Shown here: positions 20,208 through 32,010 of the stretch, piece after piece
How positions within the stretch are numbered: position 1 is the stretch's first letter
Layout of the letters: every line of letters starts with the position of its first letter
Assembly (NCBI GenBank): GCA_963745835.1
Contig: CAVUZH010000024.1
Coordinates: forward strand, 96,001 to 160,000
Source: an uncultured delta proteobacterium
GTDB taxonomy: Bacteria > Desulfobacterota > Binatia > UBA9968
Length of the DNA stretch: 64,000 bases
Direction: 5' to 3'
Program-made: the position numbers and the translations under genes
Notes under the pieces: generated by a model
What the model saw: the letters and a program-made list of their open reading frames with translations, nothing else
The model's database searches: none
Told to the model about the DNA's origin: nothing

Positions 20208-22438
20208 AGCTGCGCAGCCTTCCTTTTAAACTCGCGTAGCGCGCCCTGCTCCCGCACCGGAAACTCTATCACGAACCTGGTGCCGCGCGGTTCGTTGTTC
20301 CGTACCCGAATATAACCGCGATGATCTTCGACAATTTGATTGACGATGGTTAGCCCCAGGCCGGTACCCTGTTTTTTAGTGGAAAATCCAGGCTCGAATA
20401 TTCTAACTCGAGCTTCCGCCGCCATGCCGCAACCATCGTCGGCAACTTCAAGGTAGACCGTGTTCCGAGTGCGATCATAAGCACTCGATATCTGCACATG
20501 GCCGCCGTCGCCAACGGCGGCCACGGCGTTGTCTAATAAGTTAATCATTACCCGTTTGATTTGCTCCCGATCGAGCTCTAGCGCCGGCAACTCTCCCGGC
20601 CGGAATTCAAAATCGATATGGTTATGTCCTTCCTTAAACAGGAATAGCGCGTCCTGGACAATCACGTTTAGGTCGTTGGGCACCGGCTGAGCCGTAGGTA
20701 GTCTTGCGAATTGCGAAAACTCATTCACCAGATTCTTGAGCTCGACCACCTGCTGGATAATCGTCGTCGTGCATTTGTCCAGTACCGCGCCGTCCCCTTG
20801 CAACAGTTTAGCATAGCGTTTGCGCAGTCTCTCGGCCGAGAGCTGTATCGGCGTGAGCGGATTTTTGATTTCGTGAGCGATTCGCCGCGCCACTTCGCGC
20901 CACGCTTCCATCCTCTGTACTTTTTGAATCTGGGTAATGTCTTCCAGAAAAATCATGATACCTAAGCTGTCATTAGCATCATCTCTGAGGGTAGCGGCGG
21001 TCGCAAATACGGTAAGGAGATGGTCTGGTAGCTGTATCTGCAATTCAGTCTCGCTGCTTTCGCGATCTTTGAGGTTGTCGATCAAGTCGCGCATGACCAT
21101 TAGCGGCGCGGTTTCAAACGCTTCCCTGTAGTATCTTCCGAGAGCAGCAGAACCATCCACACCTAACATTTGTTCGGCCGCCTTGTTCCAAGAAGTGATC
21201 TTCCCATTCGGGTCGACAGCAATCACTCCAGCGGTAATATTAGCGAGAAGTGTTTCAACGAACTTGCCGCGACGCAACAATTCCAGGTTGCTCTTCTTTA
21301 AGTCTCGGGTCATCTGGTTGAAAGACTCAACCAAGGTCCCTAACTCGTCATCGCCGGCCGCCTCAATTTGATAATCCCAGTTGCCATGAGCGACTTCGTG
21401 AGTCCCCGCCGCCACCTGCTGAATCGGGATCGTGATTCCTTTGGCAAGATAAAGGCCGAACCAAGTCGCGGCGAAGATAATCACCAGCGTAATTAATAGC
21501 AGGGTCAGAATGTAACTGTTTTTCACCGGGTTCTTCAGAAAACCAAGGTGCTTGTACTGCTCATAGGACCGGGAGATTTCGAGGGCGCGTTTGGTGATGC
21601 TCTTCGGCACGTAATAATCGACTACCACGACTCCCTGAATCCGCTTGCCGCTGTCATAGATCGGAACACCGCCGCGAATAACGTCGCCCTCGCCGAAAGC
21701 CTGAGTTCGGGTAACTTCCAGGCCGCGCAGCGCCCGGTTAAGGAAATCGGCTTCAGCCTTGATGCTAACTCCAGTGGGTACCTGGTCATTGAAAGCCACT
21801 ACTACCGGCAGGTGATCTGGTGAAAATAATTCCACAGTGCCGAGATTGTACTCACGCTGCTTGATCTGGATAAATTCTTTAAGATCGCTCCGCCGTCCGG
21901 TCTCGAACAGCCCCTGTTCAGTGACGCGCCGGCTTAGCTGCCGTGCATAGAACAGCGCGTTGTTTGCCGAGTTTTGATAATAGGTCTGGCCGATTTCCAA
22001 AGATCCCTGAAGCGCGGTCTCGACCTGTATATCGAACCACCTTTCAAAGGAGCGGGTGACGAATCCCCCGGCAATGACGAACAGCAACAGTGTCGGAATC
22101 AGCGATAGGCCGACAAATGCAATCACCAGGCGAACTCTCAGTCGTGAGCCCAGGATCCGCCGTTTGCGTTCGAATACCAGCTTCACCAGGTTTCTGACGA
22201 CCAGAAAAACCAGGAGAATCAGAAGAATGATGTTGATGTTGATTAAGAGAAAGAAAACTATGTTATTGCTGAGAGAATATTCCGACGAGACATCGGGAAG
22301 CTGCACCTCGAAGAATGCAAAGGCCAGCACCACCAGTGAAGTGATGAGAATCGCCAGTCCTTCACGCTTTCGTCGTTTAGTTTCATCCAACGTGGGCGTC
22401 TCGCTGATCTGCTGTTGGGTTTTGAAGGTTTTGCTCAT
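20204..22438 (-). CDS. NtrY-like membrane sensor histidine kinase (TM-HAMP-PAS-HisKA-HATPase)
   Basis: AWREVARRIAHEIKNPLTPIQLSAERL is the NtrY-type H-box; HAMP DELGTLVESFNQM; GTGLGL. Confidence 0.92.
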   Translation of the reverse strand: MSKTFKTQQQISETPTLDETKRRKREGLAILITSLVVLAFAFFEVQLPDVSSEYSLSNNIVFFLLININIILLILLVFLVVRNLVKLVFERKRRILGSRLRVRLVIAFVGLSLIPTLLLFVIAGGFVTRSFERWFDIQVETALQGSLEIGQTYYQNSANNALFYARQLSRRVTEQGLFETGRRSDLKEFIQIKQREYNLGTVELFSPDHLPVVVAFNDQVPTGVSIKAEADFLNRALRGLEVTRTQAFGEGDVIRGGVPIYDSGKRIQGVVVVDYYVPKSITKRALEISRSYEQYKHLGFLKNPVKNSYILTLLLITLVIIFAATWFGLYLAKGITIPIQQVAAGTHEVAHGNWDYQIEAAGDDELGTLVESFNQMTRDLKKSNLELLRRGKFVETLLANITAGVIAVDPNGKITSWNKAAEQMLGVDGSAALGRYYREAFETAPLMVMRDLIDNLKDRESSETELQIQLPDHLLTVFATAATLRDDANDSLGIMIFLEDITQIQKVQRMEAWREVARRIAHEIKNPLTPIQLSAERLRKRYAKLLQGDGAVLDKCTTTIIQQVVELKNLVNEFSQFARLPTAQPVPNDLNVIVQDALFLFKEGHNHIDFEFRPGELPALELDREQIKRVMINLLDNAVAAVGDGGHVQISSAYDRTRNTVYLEVADDGCGMAAEARVRIFEPGFSTKKQGTGLGLTIVNQIVEDHRGYIRVRNNEPRGTRFVIEFPVREQGALREFKRKAAQL

Positions 22439-22473
22439 GGCACCTGCTAAGAGACTAAAATGCGAGAAGAATT

Positions 22474-22686
22474 TTATCTTCTAAAGAGGTACAGAACAAG
22501 GCTGATGAGGATGCTGATAACAATGCACGTGGCGATTGGAAAGTAAAAACTGAAGCGACCTCGCTGGACGTAGATATCACCCGGCAAATGCCCGAGCCAA
22601 GGGATTTTTCCACCGAATGTAAACAGTACTCCGACGGCAATGATTGCGACCCCCAGAATGATCAAAGTTCTACCGAACTCAGGCAT
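22474..22686 (-). CDS. DUF2905 small membrane protein
   Basis: LGHLPGDIYVQRGRFSFYFPIATCIVISILISL. Confidence 0.9.
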   Translation of the reverse strand: MPEFGRTLIILGVAIIAVGVLFTFGGKIPWLGHLPGDIYVQRGRFSFYFPIATCIVISILISLVLYLFRR

Positions 22687-22734
22687 ATGGTTCGATCCCG
22701 CTGGTTGAGGGAGGGATTTCAGGTCGTTGCTACT

Positions 22735-23808
22735 TCAAAACAAACTAGGTTGGTTCTTGGGGGCACTGCCCTTTTGTCCCCTAGGTTTTTGGCCGAAGTG
22801 ATTGTAGGCCAACGGCGTCGCCATCCGCCCTCTAGGCGTTCGCTGGATGAAACCCGCCTGAATCAGAAATGGCTCATAGACATCTTCAATGGTGTCTTTC
22901 TCTTCGCCAATGGCCGCTGCCAGAGTCTCGATTCCAACCGGTCCTCCGGAGAACTTTTCGATCAGGGTCAATAGCAACATGGTATCCATTTTATCGAGGC
23001 CGATGGAGTCAACCTCCAACATCTGTAACGCCTCGACCGTTACCGCGAGCGTAATCCGTCCGGCTGCTTTGACCTGTGCATAGTCGCGCACACGGCGTAG
23101 CAGGCGGTTGGCGATTCGTGGTGTGCCGCGCGACCGCCGCGCGATCTCGGCAATTCCGTCCTGTTCGCCAGCCACGCCGAGAATCACAGCCGAGCGCTGG
23201 AGAAGATCAGTAAGGGTTTCCGGTGAATAAAAATCTAGCCGGAAGCTCAGGCCGAAACGATCCCGCAGCGGCGAGGTCAGCAGACCTGATCTTGTCGTTG
23301 CGCCAATCAAAGTAAATGGCTTCAACTCAAGCTTGATGGATCGGGCCGCCGGACCTTGTCCAATCATGATATCGATCTGAAAATCTTCCATGGCGGGATA
23401 TAGAACCTCTTCGACAATATGGTTGAGGCGATGAATTTCATCGATGAACAAGATATCGCCTTCCTCCAAATTGGTGAGAATCGCCGCCAGATCACCGGCA
23501 CGCTCGATAACCGGCCCTGAAGTCCCTTTGATATTGACGCCCATCTCACGGGCGATGATGTAGGCCAGGGATGTTTTTCCTAATCCTGGCGGGCCATGAA
23601 ACAAAAGGTGGTCTAAAACCTCGCCACGACCGCGGGCTGCGTCGATGGCTACTTTAAGGTTTTCTTTAACCCGATCTTGGCCGACGTATTCCGCGAATCC
23701 ACGGGGCCGCAGATTTACTTCGTAGTTCAGATCCTCATCGCTTCGCGCCGGCGAGATCTCCCGCGATTCCGAGGATTTGTCCGAATCGATGATGGGTGAG
23801 TGGGCCAT
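22735..23808 (-). CDS. ruvB: Holliday junction branch migration ATPase RuvB
   Basis: [46 protein letters not shown]. Confidence 0.98.
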   Translation of the reverse strand: MAHSPIIDSDKSSESREISPARSDEDLNYEVNLRPRGFAEYVGQDRVKENLKVAIDAARGRGEVLDHLLFHGPPGLGKTSLAYIIAREMGVNIKGTSGPVIERAGDLAAILTNLEEGDILFIDEIHRLNHIVEEVLYPAMEDFQIDIMIGQGPAARSIKLELKPFTLIGATTRSGLLTSPLRDRFGLSFRLDFYSPETLTDLLQRSAVILGVAGEQDGIAEIARRSRGTPRIANRLLRRVRDYAQVKAAGRITLAVTVEALQMLEVDSIGLDKMDTMLLLTLIEKFSGGPVGIETLAAAIGEEKDTIEDVYEPFLIQAGFIQRTPRGRMATPLAYNHFGQKPRGQKGSAPKNQPSLF

Positions 23809-23816
23809 AATCAGTG

Positions 23817-24410
23817 TCAGCGACTCATGCGCCGAAGTACCTCTTTAATCACCTGCTCGAGACTGTGATTGCCCGCTTGAACGCAGTCACGCACGTTCTT
23901 TTCAACTTCCACTTTACGATAGCCCAGATTAACGAGAGCCGAAACAGCGTCTTGGAGCAGCTGCGGGTCGCGCCCTTGCGCAGGAGTTTCTGTGGCTTGA
24001 GATTCGAGAAGCGCAAAGCGATCACGAAGCTCGACGATCATGCGCTCGGCTAGTTTCTTGCCCACGCCAGGGATCGATACCAAGCGCAACTGATCGCCTC
24101 CCTTGATCGCACGGGTGAGTTCATCGGCGGGGATTCCCGACAAAATGTTCAGCGCAAGTTTAGGTCCGATGCCGGCGACGCCGTTGAGTTGCAAGAAAAC
24201 TTGTTTCTCCGCCGGCTCCTGGAAGCCAAAAAGCTGGAGAGCATCCTCGCGCAAGTGCGTATGGATATGTAGCCGGACCGGCGCGCCGATCTCCGGCAGA
24301 TGATAAAACACATTGAGCGGGATGAAGACCTGATAACCGACTCCACCGACATCGACGACGATTTCTCCTGCAACCTTCTGCGCCAGAGTGCCGCTGATTT
24401 GAGCGATCAC
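23817..24410 (-). CDS. ruvA: Holliday junction DNA-binding protein RuvA
   Basis: [44 protein letters not shown]. Confidence 0.97.
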   Translation of the reverse strand: MIAQISGTLAQKVAGEIVVDVGGVGYQVFIPLNVFYHLPEIGAPVRLHIHTHLREDALQLFGFQEPAEKQVFLQLNGVAGIGPKLALNILSGIPADELTRAIKGGDQLRLVSIPGVGKKLAERMIVELRDRFALLESQATETPAQGRDPQLLQDAVSALVNLGYRKVEVEKNVRDCVQAGNHSLEQVIKEVLRRMSR

Positions 24411-24452
24411 GACTGTGTGATCTTCCGGTTAATTTGAACGTCGTTCGACATC

Positions 24453-25043
24453 TCAAGGAAGGATCGACTTGCGCGGCCGCAACGGCGCAATGGTTCTTGG
24501 CAGGGCTTCGATGAGGCGCGCGCGCAACACCTGCATATGAAGATGGCAAATTGCCGCAGCGAGCGCGTCCGCGGCGTCGGCCGGCAACTTGCCGCGAAGA
24601 CGCAACAAAGAAGCAATCATCATTTGTACCTGCTGTTTAGTGGCGTGGCCGTATCCTACCACCGCGGCCTTGATTTCAACGGCGGCATACTCATGAACTG
24701 CCAAGCTCCTTCGGGCAGCGGCGAGAATGGCTACGCCGCGCGCCTGACCGAGCTTGAGCGCGCTCTGCGCGTTTCGCGCGAAAAAAACCCGCTCGACGCA
24801 AACACCATCCGGATTATAGGAATCGATGACTTCCTCAAGGCCGCGGTAAATGCGCTCCAGCCGAGCCGCCTGCCCCTGAGTGCCCGCCGTAATCACCGTG
24901 CCATGCGCCAGATGGACCAATGAAGTGCCTGTCGCCTCAACGACTCCCCAACCGGTGACTGCCGAACCGGGATCGATACCGAGAACCCTGCGCGCCAGCG
25001 GTTGTGCATCAGCCCTGCGCCGGACAGGCGAAGACCAGCTCAA
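24453..25043 (-). CDS. ruvC: Crossover junction endodeoxyribonuclease RuvC
   Basis: [30 protein letters not shown]. Confidence 0.97.
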   Translation of the reverse strand: MSWSSPVRRRADAQPLARRVLGIDPGSAVTGWGVVEATGTSLVHLAHGTVITAGTQGQAARLERIYRGLEEVIDSYNPDGVCVERVFFARNAQSALKLGQARGVAILAAARRSLAVHEYAAVEIKAAVVGYGHATKQQVQMMIASLLRLRGKLPADAADALAAAICHLHMQVLRARLIEALPRTIAPLRPRKSILP

Positions 25044-25786
25044 CTAGCCTTCTCCATTAACTCACTCGGGATGTTGAAATTAGCCGAAACGCTCTGGACA
25101 TCGTCATGATCTTCAAGTTCCTCCGTTAGCTTCAAAATCTGTTCGACATTCTTCTCGTCGACATCAACAGTGTTCTTCGGCACCATGGTGATTTGAGCGC
25201 TGGCGATCGCTACTTTTTCGAGTTCGAGCCGTTCCTTGACTTTGTCGAACTCTTCGACGGCTGTGATCACTTCGAAAATTTCATCTTCATCCCTAACATC
25301 CTCGGCCCCGGCATCAAGAACAATTGACATCAAGCGATCCTCATCAACTTGCGTTTTTTCGATCGTGATCAGGCCCTTTTTGTCGAACATCCAGGCGACG
25401 CAGCCGGCCTCGCCCATATTGCCGCCGTGTTTTGTAAACAGGCGACGGATCTCCGAAACCGTGCGATTTTTGTTATCCGTCAGCACATGCGCCAATATGG
25501 CCGCACCACCCGGCCCATATCCTTCGTATTGAATCTCGTCGTAGGTGACACCTTCAAGCTCGCCGGTTCCCTTTTTGATCGCCCGATCGATGTTCTCGGT
25601 AGGCATACTTGCAGATCGAGCCGTGAGTACCGCCGTGCGCAGGCGCGGATTCGCATTGATATCGCCGCCGCCCATTCGCGCCGCAACCGTAATTTCCTTG
25701 ATCAGCTTGGTGAAGAGCTTGCCCTTCCTCGCGTCTTTTGCGGCTTTCTTGTGCTTGATCGTGCTCCATTTTGAATGGCCTGACAT
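25040..25786 (-). CDS. yebC: YebC/PmpR family protein
   Basis: [29 protein letters not shown]; upstream of ruvC. Confidence 0.96.
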   Translation of the reverse strand: MSGHSKWSTIKHKKAAKDARKGKLFTKLIKEITVAARMGGGDINANPRLRTAVLTARSASMPTENIDRAIKKGTGELEGVTYDEIQYEGYGPGGAAILAHVLTDNKNRTVSEIRRLFTKHGGNMGEAGCVAWMFDKKGLITIEKTQVDEDRLMSIVLDAGAEDVRDEDEIFEVITAVEEFDKVKERLELEKVAIASAQITMVPKNTVDVDEKNVEQILKLTEELEDHDDVQSVSANFNIPSELMEKAS

Positions 25787-26062
25787 AAACTAAGACACTC
25801 CTTTGTAAGTTGTCGGTAAGGTAGCACAATCTCTGCGCTGCGTAAACGGCGCTTCGTATTGAAAATGCGCCTTTGTAATGCATTCTAATTGACCATTCGA
25901 ACAAAACCACGTAGTGTGAAGCACGTTTTCACGAGCTCAATAGGAACTCACATAGTAAAGATCTGCATTCCGCCTTGCCAACTGGCGTCATAAGCCTTCC
26001 AATAGACAAAAATCTTCGAAGAGTCGTTTACTCAATCGTCATACAGGGAGCGAAACAAAATC

Positions 26063-26629
26063 ATGTCATTTTACATTAGCGAACTCGCCGCGTTCGCAGC
26101 CTTTTTCGTGTACGGCAGCTTTTTCGAATGGACTTTACACAAATACCTCATGCATCAGCCGCGCTGGAAATATCCATTTCGCGCTCATGCATTGGTGCAC
26201 CATGGTCTCTTCCGCACGGGAACCGATTACTTTTTGTCGGATAAGAAATATCTGAGAAAGGTTCGCTTCGCTTGGTGGAACGCACCGTTTATCATCGCTC
26301 TTCACGTTCCTGCAATACTTCTTATACAGAACCTTGTTGGCGCCCCTATACTCGCCGGCGCGTGCGCGGCCATGGCGGTTTATTATGCGCTTTACGAGTA
26401 TCTGCACTACTGCATGCACATTCCCACGGGGCGGCGCCTGGAGCAGACTCGGTGGTTTCGCTGGCTCGACGCGCATCATCATATGCATCACAAACGGCAC
26501 CTGAGCAATCTAAATGTTGTTTTACCGTTGGCTGATGCCGTATTCGGTAGTCTGATAAGCGCAAAAGAAAGAGTTCCTACCCCGGATCGGCAGCAGGGGG
26601 CTTACAGGATGGAAGCCTTGCTAGGTTAA
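26063..26629 (+). CDS. Sterol desaturase / fatty acid hydroxylase family membrane di-iron protein
   Basis: His boxes EWTLHKYLMH, HALVHH, YEYLHYCMH and HHHMHH. Confidence 0.85.
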   Translation: MSFYISELAAFAAFFVYGSFFEWTLHKYLMHQPRWKYPFRAHALVHHGLFRTGTDYFLSDKKYLRKVRFAWWNAPFIIALHVPAILLIQNLVGAPILAGACAAMAVYYALYEYLHYCMHIPTGRRLEQTRWFRWLDAHHHMHHKRHLSNLNVVLPLADAVFGSLISAKERVPTPDRQQGAYRMEALLG

Positions 26630-26710
26630 TAGATGATTTGCATGTCGCTCGGAACTCCGGTTCGATGTGCCTTGGCGCCAGGGATTCGATAAACATCGAT
26701 CCTGACGATT

Positions 26711-27391
26711 TTGCCGGGAGGGATCTTGAAGCCGATTTCCGATTTAAAACTCGTTCTCCTCTCGGTAATACTCATCTACCTGGCAGCATGTTCCTTGCCG
26801 CCCTCGAGAATCCCTCCTCCTGTCACCGCGCCCAGGGTCATTCAAACCGGCATCGCCTCATGGTATGGGCCCGGCTTTCACGGGAAGACTACTGCCAGCG
26901 GCGTTATCTATAACCAACACGACCTCACGGCGGCGCATCAAACATTGCCGCTCGGCACTCGAGTGCTGGTAACCAACTTAGAGAATGGCAGATCGATTGA
27001 AGTTCTGATCAACGATCGCGGACCCTTCGCGAAGGGAAGAATTATAGATTTATCCTATGCGGCAGCGGAAACGCTCGGCATGATTGGTCCCGGAACCATC
27101 CCGGTGCGGATCGAAGTTGTCGGTAGCAGCGCTGACAAAATATCCTTGATTAAAGATTCACTCGACTACACGCTTCAGCTAGGCTCGTTTTCAGTACTCG
27201 AGAATGCTCGCCAGCTGCGCGACCGGGTCGCATCGAAGTTTTCCGAGGTTGCCATTGTCCCTTTGAACACCGGCGCGAGCACGTTTTATCGTGTCCAACT
27301 CGGACAATTTTCTACTCGGTCCAGTGCCGAGGAACAAGCGCGACAGGTGACACAAGAGGGGTATCCGGTTGTTATTTTAGAGAAGTGGTAG
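26711..27391 (+). CDS. rlpA: Septal ring lytic transglycosylase RlpA with SPOR domain
   Basis: Lipobox LAAC; GIASWYG, TAAHQTLP, INDRGPF, RIIDLS; SPOR LQLGSF..YRVQLG. Confidence 0.93.
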   Translation: MPGGILKPISDLKLVLLSVILIYLAACSLPPSRIPPPVTAPRVIQTGIASWYGPGFHGKTTASGVIYNQHDLTAAHQTLPLGTRVLVTNLENGRSIEVLINDRGPFAKGRIIDLSYAAAETLGMIGPGTIPVRIEVVGSSADKISLIKDSLDYTLQLGSFSVLENARQLRDRVASKFSEVAIVPLNTGASTFYRVQLGQFSTRSSAEEQARQVTQEGYPVVILEKW

Positions 27392-27614
27392 ATCAGAACG
27401 GTCGCAACACCTACGATAACCAAGCACAGGTTTTAGGCTCCTTGTTAATTGTTGCCGGTTTCTCCAGAGGCACCGACTCTGTCGGCAGCAAGGCGATTTT
27501 ACTGCTCAGGCCAAAGTTTTACTCTCAGGTTTATGTTAGACACGCCGATGACATGCAGATCGGGTTGCAGACAAATGGCGATTCGACGCTCTTGATTCGG
27601 CACAAGGCGATGTA

Positions 27615-28532
27615 TCACTGGCCAAGCAGATGATAGCGGCCATCTTCTCTTTTCACACGTTCATCGCGGATGAGCTTCTCCAGATGCGCCTGAACTGAAA
27701 ATTCCGCCACCCTTTGCAGGCCGGCGGACACATCCACATAGATGGATTGGGTGATATCCCCGATGGTATTAAGTCCCTTGCGCAAAGCATCGAGCACCTG
27801 CTTCTCGCGCATCATCCGATGCCGCAAGTATTCCCTGATCTTTGCCTCCGGTTTGCCAACCAAAGGCCCGTGTCCGGGCAGAATCAAATCGATATTGAAC
27901 TCCAACAGCCGCTCCAACGATTGCAAGTAATCGGTCATGTTACCGTCAGGCGGGTGAATCACGGCCGTTCCGTGTCCCAAAATATTGTCACCGCTAAACA
28001 GCACCTTCTCGCCTGATTCATAGAAACAGCAGTGGCCCGATTCATGACCTGGAGTGTGCAGGACTTGGAGCTCGCCGCCGCCAAAGGAAATCCAGTCTTG
28101 GTCATCGTACCGAAAGTCCTCCCCGCCCAAATAGCCTGCGCGCGAACGGTGAATGCCGAGCTTTGCGCCGGTGCGCTTCTTGAGAGCCAGTGCCCCACCA
28201 CAGTGATCGATATGGATATGCGTCAGAAGGATCTTCTCAATTTTTTTGGCGCCCATGGCTTCGGCCTGTTCGATGATTCCATCCATGTTTCCGTCTGAGC
28301 TCAGCGCCACATCGATGACAACTGCGCTGTCCTTACCAACGATATATTGGTTGGTCCCCTGCAAGGTCATCATGCCTGGATTATCCGCGGTAAAATTTGC
28401 GATGTGAGCTGGTTGATTCATTATCGGCCTTTCAACGGCGTAGCTATTTCCACGGAGTAGTCGCGCAGGGCCGAAGAGAAGCGCCAGACCCGGTCCAATT
28501 AACCCAAGCGCTTGTCTCCGATTCATCGGCAT
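27615..28532 (-). CDS. MBL-fold metallo-hydrolase (LACTB2-like, C-terminal wHTH)
   Basis: THIHIDH, HTPGHESGH, FSGD, PGHGP; start is either 28532 or 28421. Confidence 0.88.
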   Translation of the reverse strand: MPMNRRQALGLIGPGLALLFGPARLLRGNSYAVERPIMNQPAHIANFTADNPGMMTLQGTNQYIVGKDSAVVIDVALSSDGNMDGIIEQAEAMGAKKIEKILLTHIHIDHCGGALALKKRTGAKLGIHRSRAGYLGGEDFRYDDQDWISFGGGELQVLHTPGHESGHCCFYESGEKVLFSGDNILGHGTAVIHPPDGNMTDYLQSLERLLEFNIDLILPGHGPLVGKPEAKIREYLRHRMMREKQVLDALRKGLNTIGDITQSIYVDVSAGLQRVAEFSVQAHLEKLIRDERVKREDGRYHLLGQ

Positions 28533-28601
28533 TGGTCGGGAATGCCAGCGGCTGGCCCAAGCTCAATCTCTGAGCTCGTTCGAAGCCTTGGTTCCAGCGA
28601 T

Positions 28602-31295
28602 TCAGCTTTGTAAAAGTTGCCTGAGCACGAACTCCAAGATTCCGCCGTGACGGTAGTATTCAAGCTCGGCCGGGGTATCGATGCGGCAAATAGCCGTGAA
28701 CTCTTGAACCTCGCCGTCGTCCTCCATCGCTCTCACGGTAAGAGTTTGTCTCAACTTGAGGCCGGCCGAGATGCCGACGATTTCGAAAGTCTCAAAGCCG
28801 GTAAGATTATAATACTTCAGGTTTTCACCAGGCTTAAACTGCAGCGGCACGATTCCCATGCCAATCAAATTACTACGGTGAATACGTTCATAGCTCTCGG
28901 CGATAACCGCTTTCACGCCTAACAACCGGGGGCCTTTGGCCGCCCAATCACGCGAGGAACCGGAGCCGTACTCTTTTCCAGCAACAACTATGAGCGGGAT
29001 GCCTTCTTTTTGATATTGTATCGCGGCATCGTAGATTGACATTTGCTTCTTGTCCGGCAAATGAACCGTCACGCCGCCTTCAGTGCCCGGCGCCAGCATG
29101 TTTTTCAAACGAATATTTGCAAACGTTCCGCGCATCATGACTTCATGATTACCGCGACGCGCGCCATACTGGTTAAAGTCTTTGGGCAAAACGTCATTGT
29201 TGCTGAGGTAGCGCGCCGCCGGGCCGTTTCTCTCGATGGAACCCGCCGGCGAAATATGATCGGTGGTAACCGAATCACCGAGCAACGCTAGTACACGCGC
29301 TCCCTTGATCTCCTTAAGCTCGGCCGGGGTTCTCGACATTCCGTCGAAGTAGGGCGCTTCACGCACGTATGTCGACTGCAAATCCCATTGGAAGAGCTCG
29401 CCCTGCGGCACCGGCATGTTCTTCCACTGCTCATCGCCTTCGGTGGCCTGACCGTATTCCTTTTTAAACATCTCCGACCGCACCGATTTACGCATAGTCT
29501 CCTGAACTTCTTGGGGCGTCGGCCAAATGTCTCGCAAATAAACCGGCTTACCCTCCGAATCATTTCCTAGCGGTTCGTTATAGAGATCGGTATCCATACT
29601 ACCGGCCAACGCATAGGCAACTACCAGAGGCGGTGAGGCGAGATAATTGGCGCGGACATTAGGATGAATACGGCCTTCGAAGTTTCGGTTGCCGGACAAC
29701 ACCGCAGCGGCAACCAAGTCCCCTTCCTGAATCGCGTTAACCACTGGCTCAGGCAGTGGTCCGCTATTGCCGATGCAGGTGGTGCAGCCATAGCCAACCA
29801 GATGAAACCCGATAGCTTCTAAGTACGGCAGAAGGCCGCTATCCTTTAGATACTCGGTCACCACCTTCGACCCAGGTGCTAGACTGGTTTTCACCCAGGG
29901 TTTACTCGCCAGACCCTTCTCTGCGGCCTTTTTGGCCAGCAATCCGGCGCCGATCATGACCGACGGATTTGATGTGTTCGTGCAACTCGTGATCGCAGAG
30001 ATGACAACCGAGCCATGCGTGAGCGCGAACTTGTCGCCATTATTCTGCACAGTGACCGTCTTGTTGAGATCCCCACCCTTCATTAGAGACGGCAGCGCTT
30101 CTTTGAATGATTTCTTGCTTTCAGTCAACGGTATCCGATCTTGCGGCCGTCGCGGACCCGACAAGCTCGGCACCACCGTTGCCAGATCAAGCTCGAGTGA
30201 ATCGGTGAACATAGGATCAGGCGAAGAATCGGTGCGGAACATGCCTTGCTCTTTGGCATAGCTTTCAACCAAGTTGATCAGGTGTCGGTCTCGGCCGGTT
30301 AGTTCCAAGTAGCGCAAGGTCTCATCGTCAATTGGGAAGTACCCAATGGTCGCGCCGTATTCAGGCCCCATGTTGCCGATGGTCGCGCGATCGGCCAAGC
30401 TCAGACTAGACAAACCTGCGCCGTAAAACTCGACAAACTTCTCAACCACTCCCTTTTTCCGAAGCATCTGCACAACCGTCAGAACCAGATCCGTTGCGGT
30501 TGCTCCCTCCGGAAGTTTGCCGTGCAGCTTAAAACCGATCACTTCGGGGATGAGCATGATGATCGGCTGGCCAAGCAGCGCCGCTTCCGCTTCGATGCCA
30601 CCTACTCCCCAGCCGACGACACCCAAACCATTGATCATGGTCGTGTGTGAATCGGTGCCGACAACGGTATCAGGATACGCGAAGTGCGCGCCGTCTTTTT
30701 GCGCGCGGAAAACCACCGGCGCCAGATATTCAAGGTTCACCTGATGGCAAATTCCGGTATCGGGCGGGATCAGGCGGAAATTGTCAAAAGCCGTTTGACC
30801 CCATCTTAAAAATGCATAACGTTCGACATTTCGCCTAAACTCTATTTCCGAATTCTTGTGCAACGCATCCGCGCTGCCGAAAAAATCGACTTGGACCGAA
30901 TGATCGATCACCAGATCGACAGGAGCTAGCGGATTGATTTTTTTTGGATCTCCGCCTAAACGCTTCATCGCCTCGCGCATCGCCGCGAGATCGACTACGG
31001 CAGGAACTCCAGTTAGATCCTGCATCAGCACCCGCGCCGGCATAAACGCAATCTCTTTTTCCGACTTAACCTTCGGGTTCCAATTTGCGAGCGCTTCAAT
31101 GTCGCCCTTGGTAACGTGATGGTTGTCTTCCTGCCTTAACAGGTTTTCCAATAACACCTTGAGAGAAACAGGCAATCGAGAAATGTTCTGAAAGCCTGTG
31201 TTCTCTAGCAAATCGAGCCGGAAGATATCATAGCCTCGATCGCTCACTCTCAGCACCTTGCGCGTGCCGAAGCTGTCCACATACTTCTGTGCCAT
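28602..31295 (-). CDS. acnA: Aconitate hydratase A
   Basis: [59 protein letters not shown]. Confidence 0.98.
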   Translation of the reverse strand: MAQKYVDSFGTRKVLRVSDRGYDIFRLDLLENTGFQNISRLPVSLKVLLENLLRQEDNHHVTKGDIEALANWNPKVKSEKEIAFMPARVLMQDLTGVPAVVDLAAMREAMKRLGGDPKKINPLAPVDLVIDHSVQVDFFGSADALHKNSEIEFRRNVERYAFLRWGQTAFDNFRLIPPDTGICHQVNLEYLAPVVFRAQKDGAHFAYPDTVVGTDSHTTMINGLGVVGWGVGGIEAEAALLGQPIIMLIPEVIGFKLHGKLPEGATATDLVLTVVQMLRKKGVVEKFVEFYGAGLSSLSLADRATIGNMGPEYGATIGYFPIDDETLRYLELTGRDRHLINLVESYAKEQGMFRTDSSPDPMFTDSLELDLATVVPSLSGPRRPQDRIPLTESKKSFKEALPSLMKGGDLNKTVTVQNNGDKFALTHGSVVISAITSCTNTSNPSVMIGAGLLAKKAAEKGLASKPWVKTSLAPGSKVVTEYLKDSGLLPYLEAIGFHLVGYGCTTCIGNSGPLPEPVVNAIQEGDLVAAAVLSGNRNFEGRIHPNVRANYLASPPLVVAYALAGSMDTDLYNEPLGNDSEGKPVYLRDIWPTPQEVQETMRKSVRSEMFKKEYGQATEGDEQWKNMPVPQGELFQWDLQSTYVREAPYFDGMSRTPAELKEIKGARVLALLGDSVTTDHISPAGSIERNGPAARYLSNNDVLPKDFNQYGARRGNHEVMMRGTFANIRLKNMLAPGTEGGVTVHLPDKKQMSIYDAAIQYQKEGIPLIVVAGKEYGSGSSRDWAAKGPRLLGVKAVIAESYERIHRSNLIGMGIVPLQFKPGENLKYYNLTGFETFEIVGISAGLKLRQTLTVRAMEDDGEVQEFTAICRIDTPAELEYYRHGGILEFVLRQLLQS

Positions 31296-31739
31296 TGACT
31301 GCTCCTTGTATCTCTAACGGAACCTAGGTGAGTCGTCCTATTTTGTAGCTAGCCCGACGGGATAAAGCAACAGGAAGGTTGACAGTTGAGCGGTCCGGAG
31401 AAAACCCGAGCTATACCCAGCCTCGGGCTGCCGCGGCGGGAAAATCTTTTAAACCTTTATTAGGTGCAACTTAGCAACATCAGATAAGCCGCCTGGCTCA
31501 CCCCACCGGGCAGGCTGTCCTTACGGATTGTCGGCAATTAGTACACCATTTCGCTGAAAACGCGGGAGAACCGGACCGGGTGCAATCAGGCGAGAAGCTG
31601 CTGACTTGGGGAAGATCAGCGCTCTCCAACACAGGATCGCACTGAAGCGCACGGTTGTAGCGGCCGGCGATTTAGCCGCGTTCTGTATCGGATAATAAAA
31701 AGTTTCGCTTGATTGGGTGAAGCCGCTGATGCGCGAGAG

Positions 31740-32010
31740 TTAAAGGCCCGGAACTTCGGCTTCATGCGCGTGAGCTACTGCATCGAGCCGCCTCTGATCC
31801 AATCGTGTTCGGTCGAGAATTACTTTGCCATCGTGCGCCGCGCGAACGGCATCCAAGGAGACGATGAACTCTCCCGAATTCTCAACGTAAATTGTGATCT
31901 CATTACGATTTCCCAGCCGCACATCGCGCACGGCGCCGCAAGGATCACGCCCTCTCCTAGATATACCTGAGCTCCGATCTCGACATTTTTCTTCTGTTCC
32001 AGAATATCAT
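31740..32010 (-). pseudogene. Small conserved hypothetical protein, frameshifted near 31948; start uncertain
   Basis: Two overlapping ORFs join with one added base: NVEIGAQVYLGEG-GDPCGAVRDVRLGNRNEITIYVENSGEFIVSLDAVRAAHDGKVILD...AHAHEAE. Confidence 0.55.

Noticed and set aside
22689-22705. GGTTCGATCCC, a tRNA T-loop-like sequence
   Set aside because: No acceptor, D or anticodon arms; it sits in a 48-nt spacer next to a start codon.
31300-31735. Long spacer upstream of acnA examined for a riboswitch or ncRNA
   Set aside because: No recognisable consensus or convincing stable architecture by eye.
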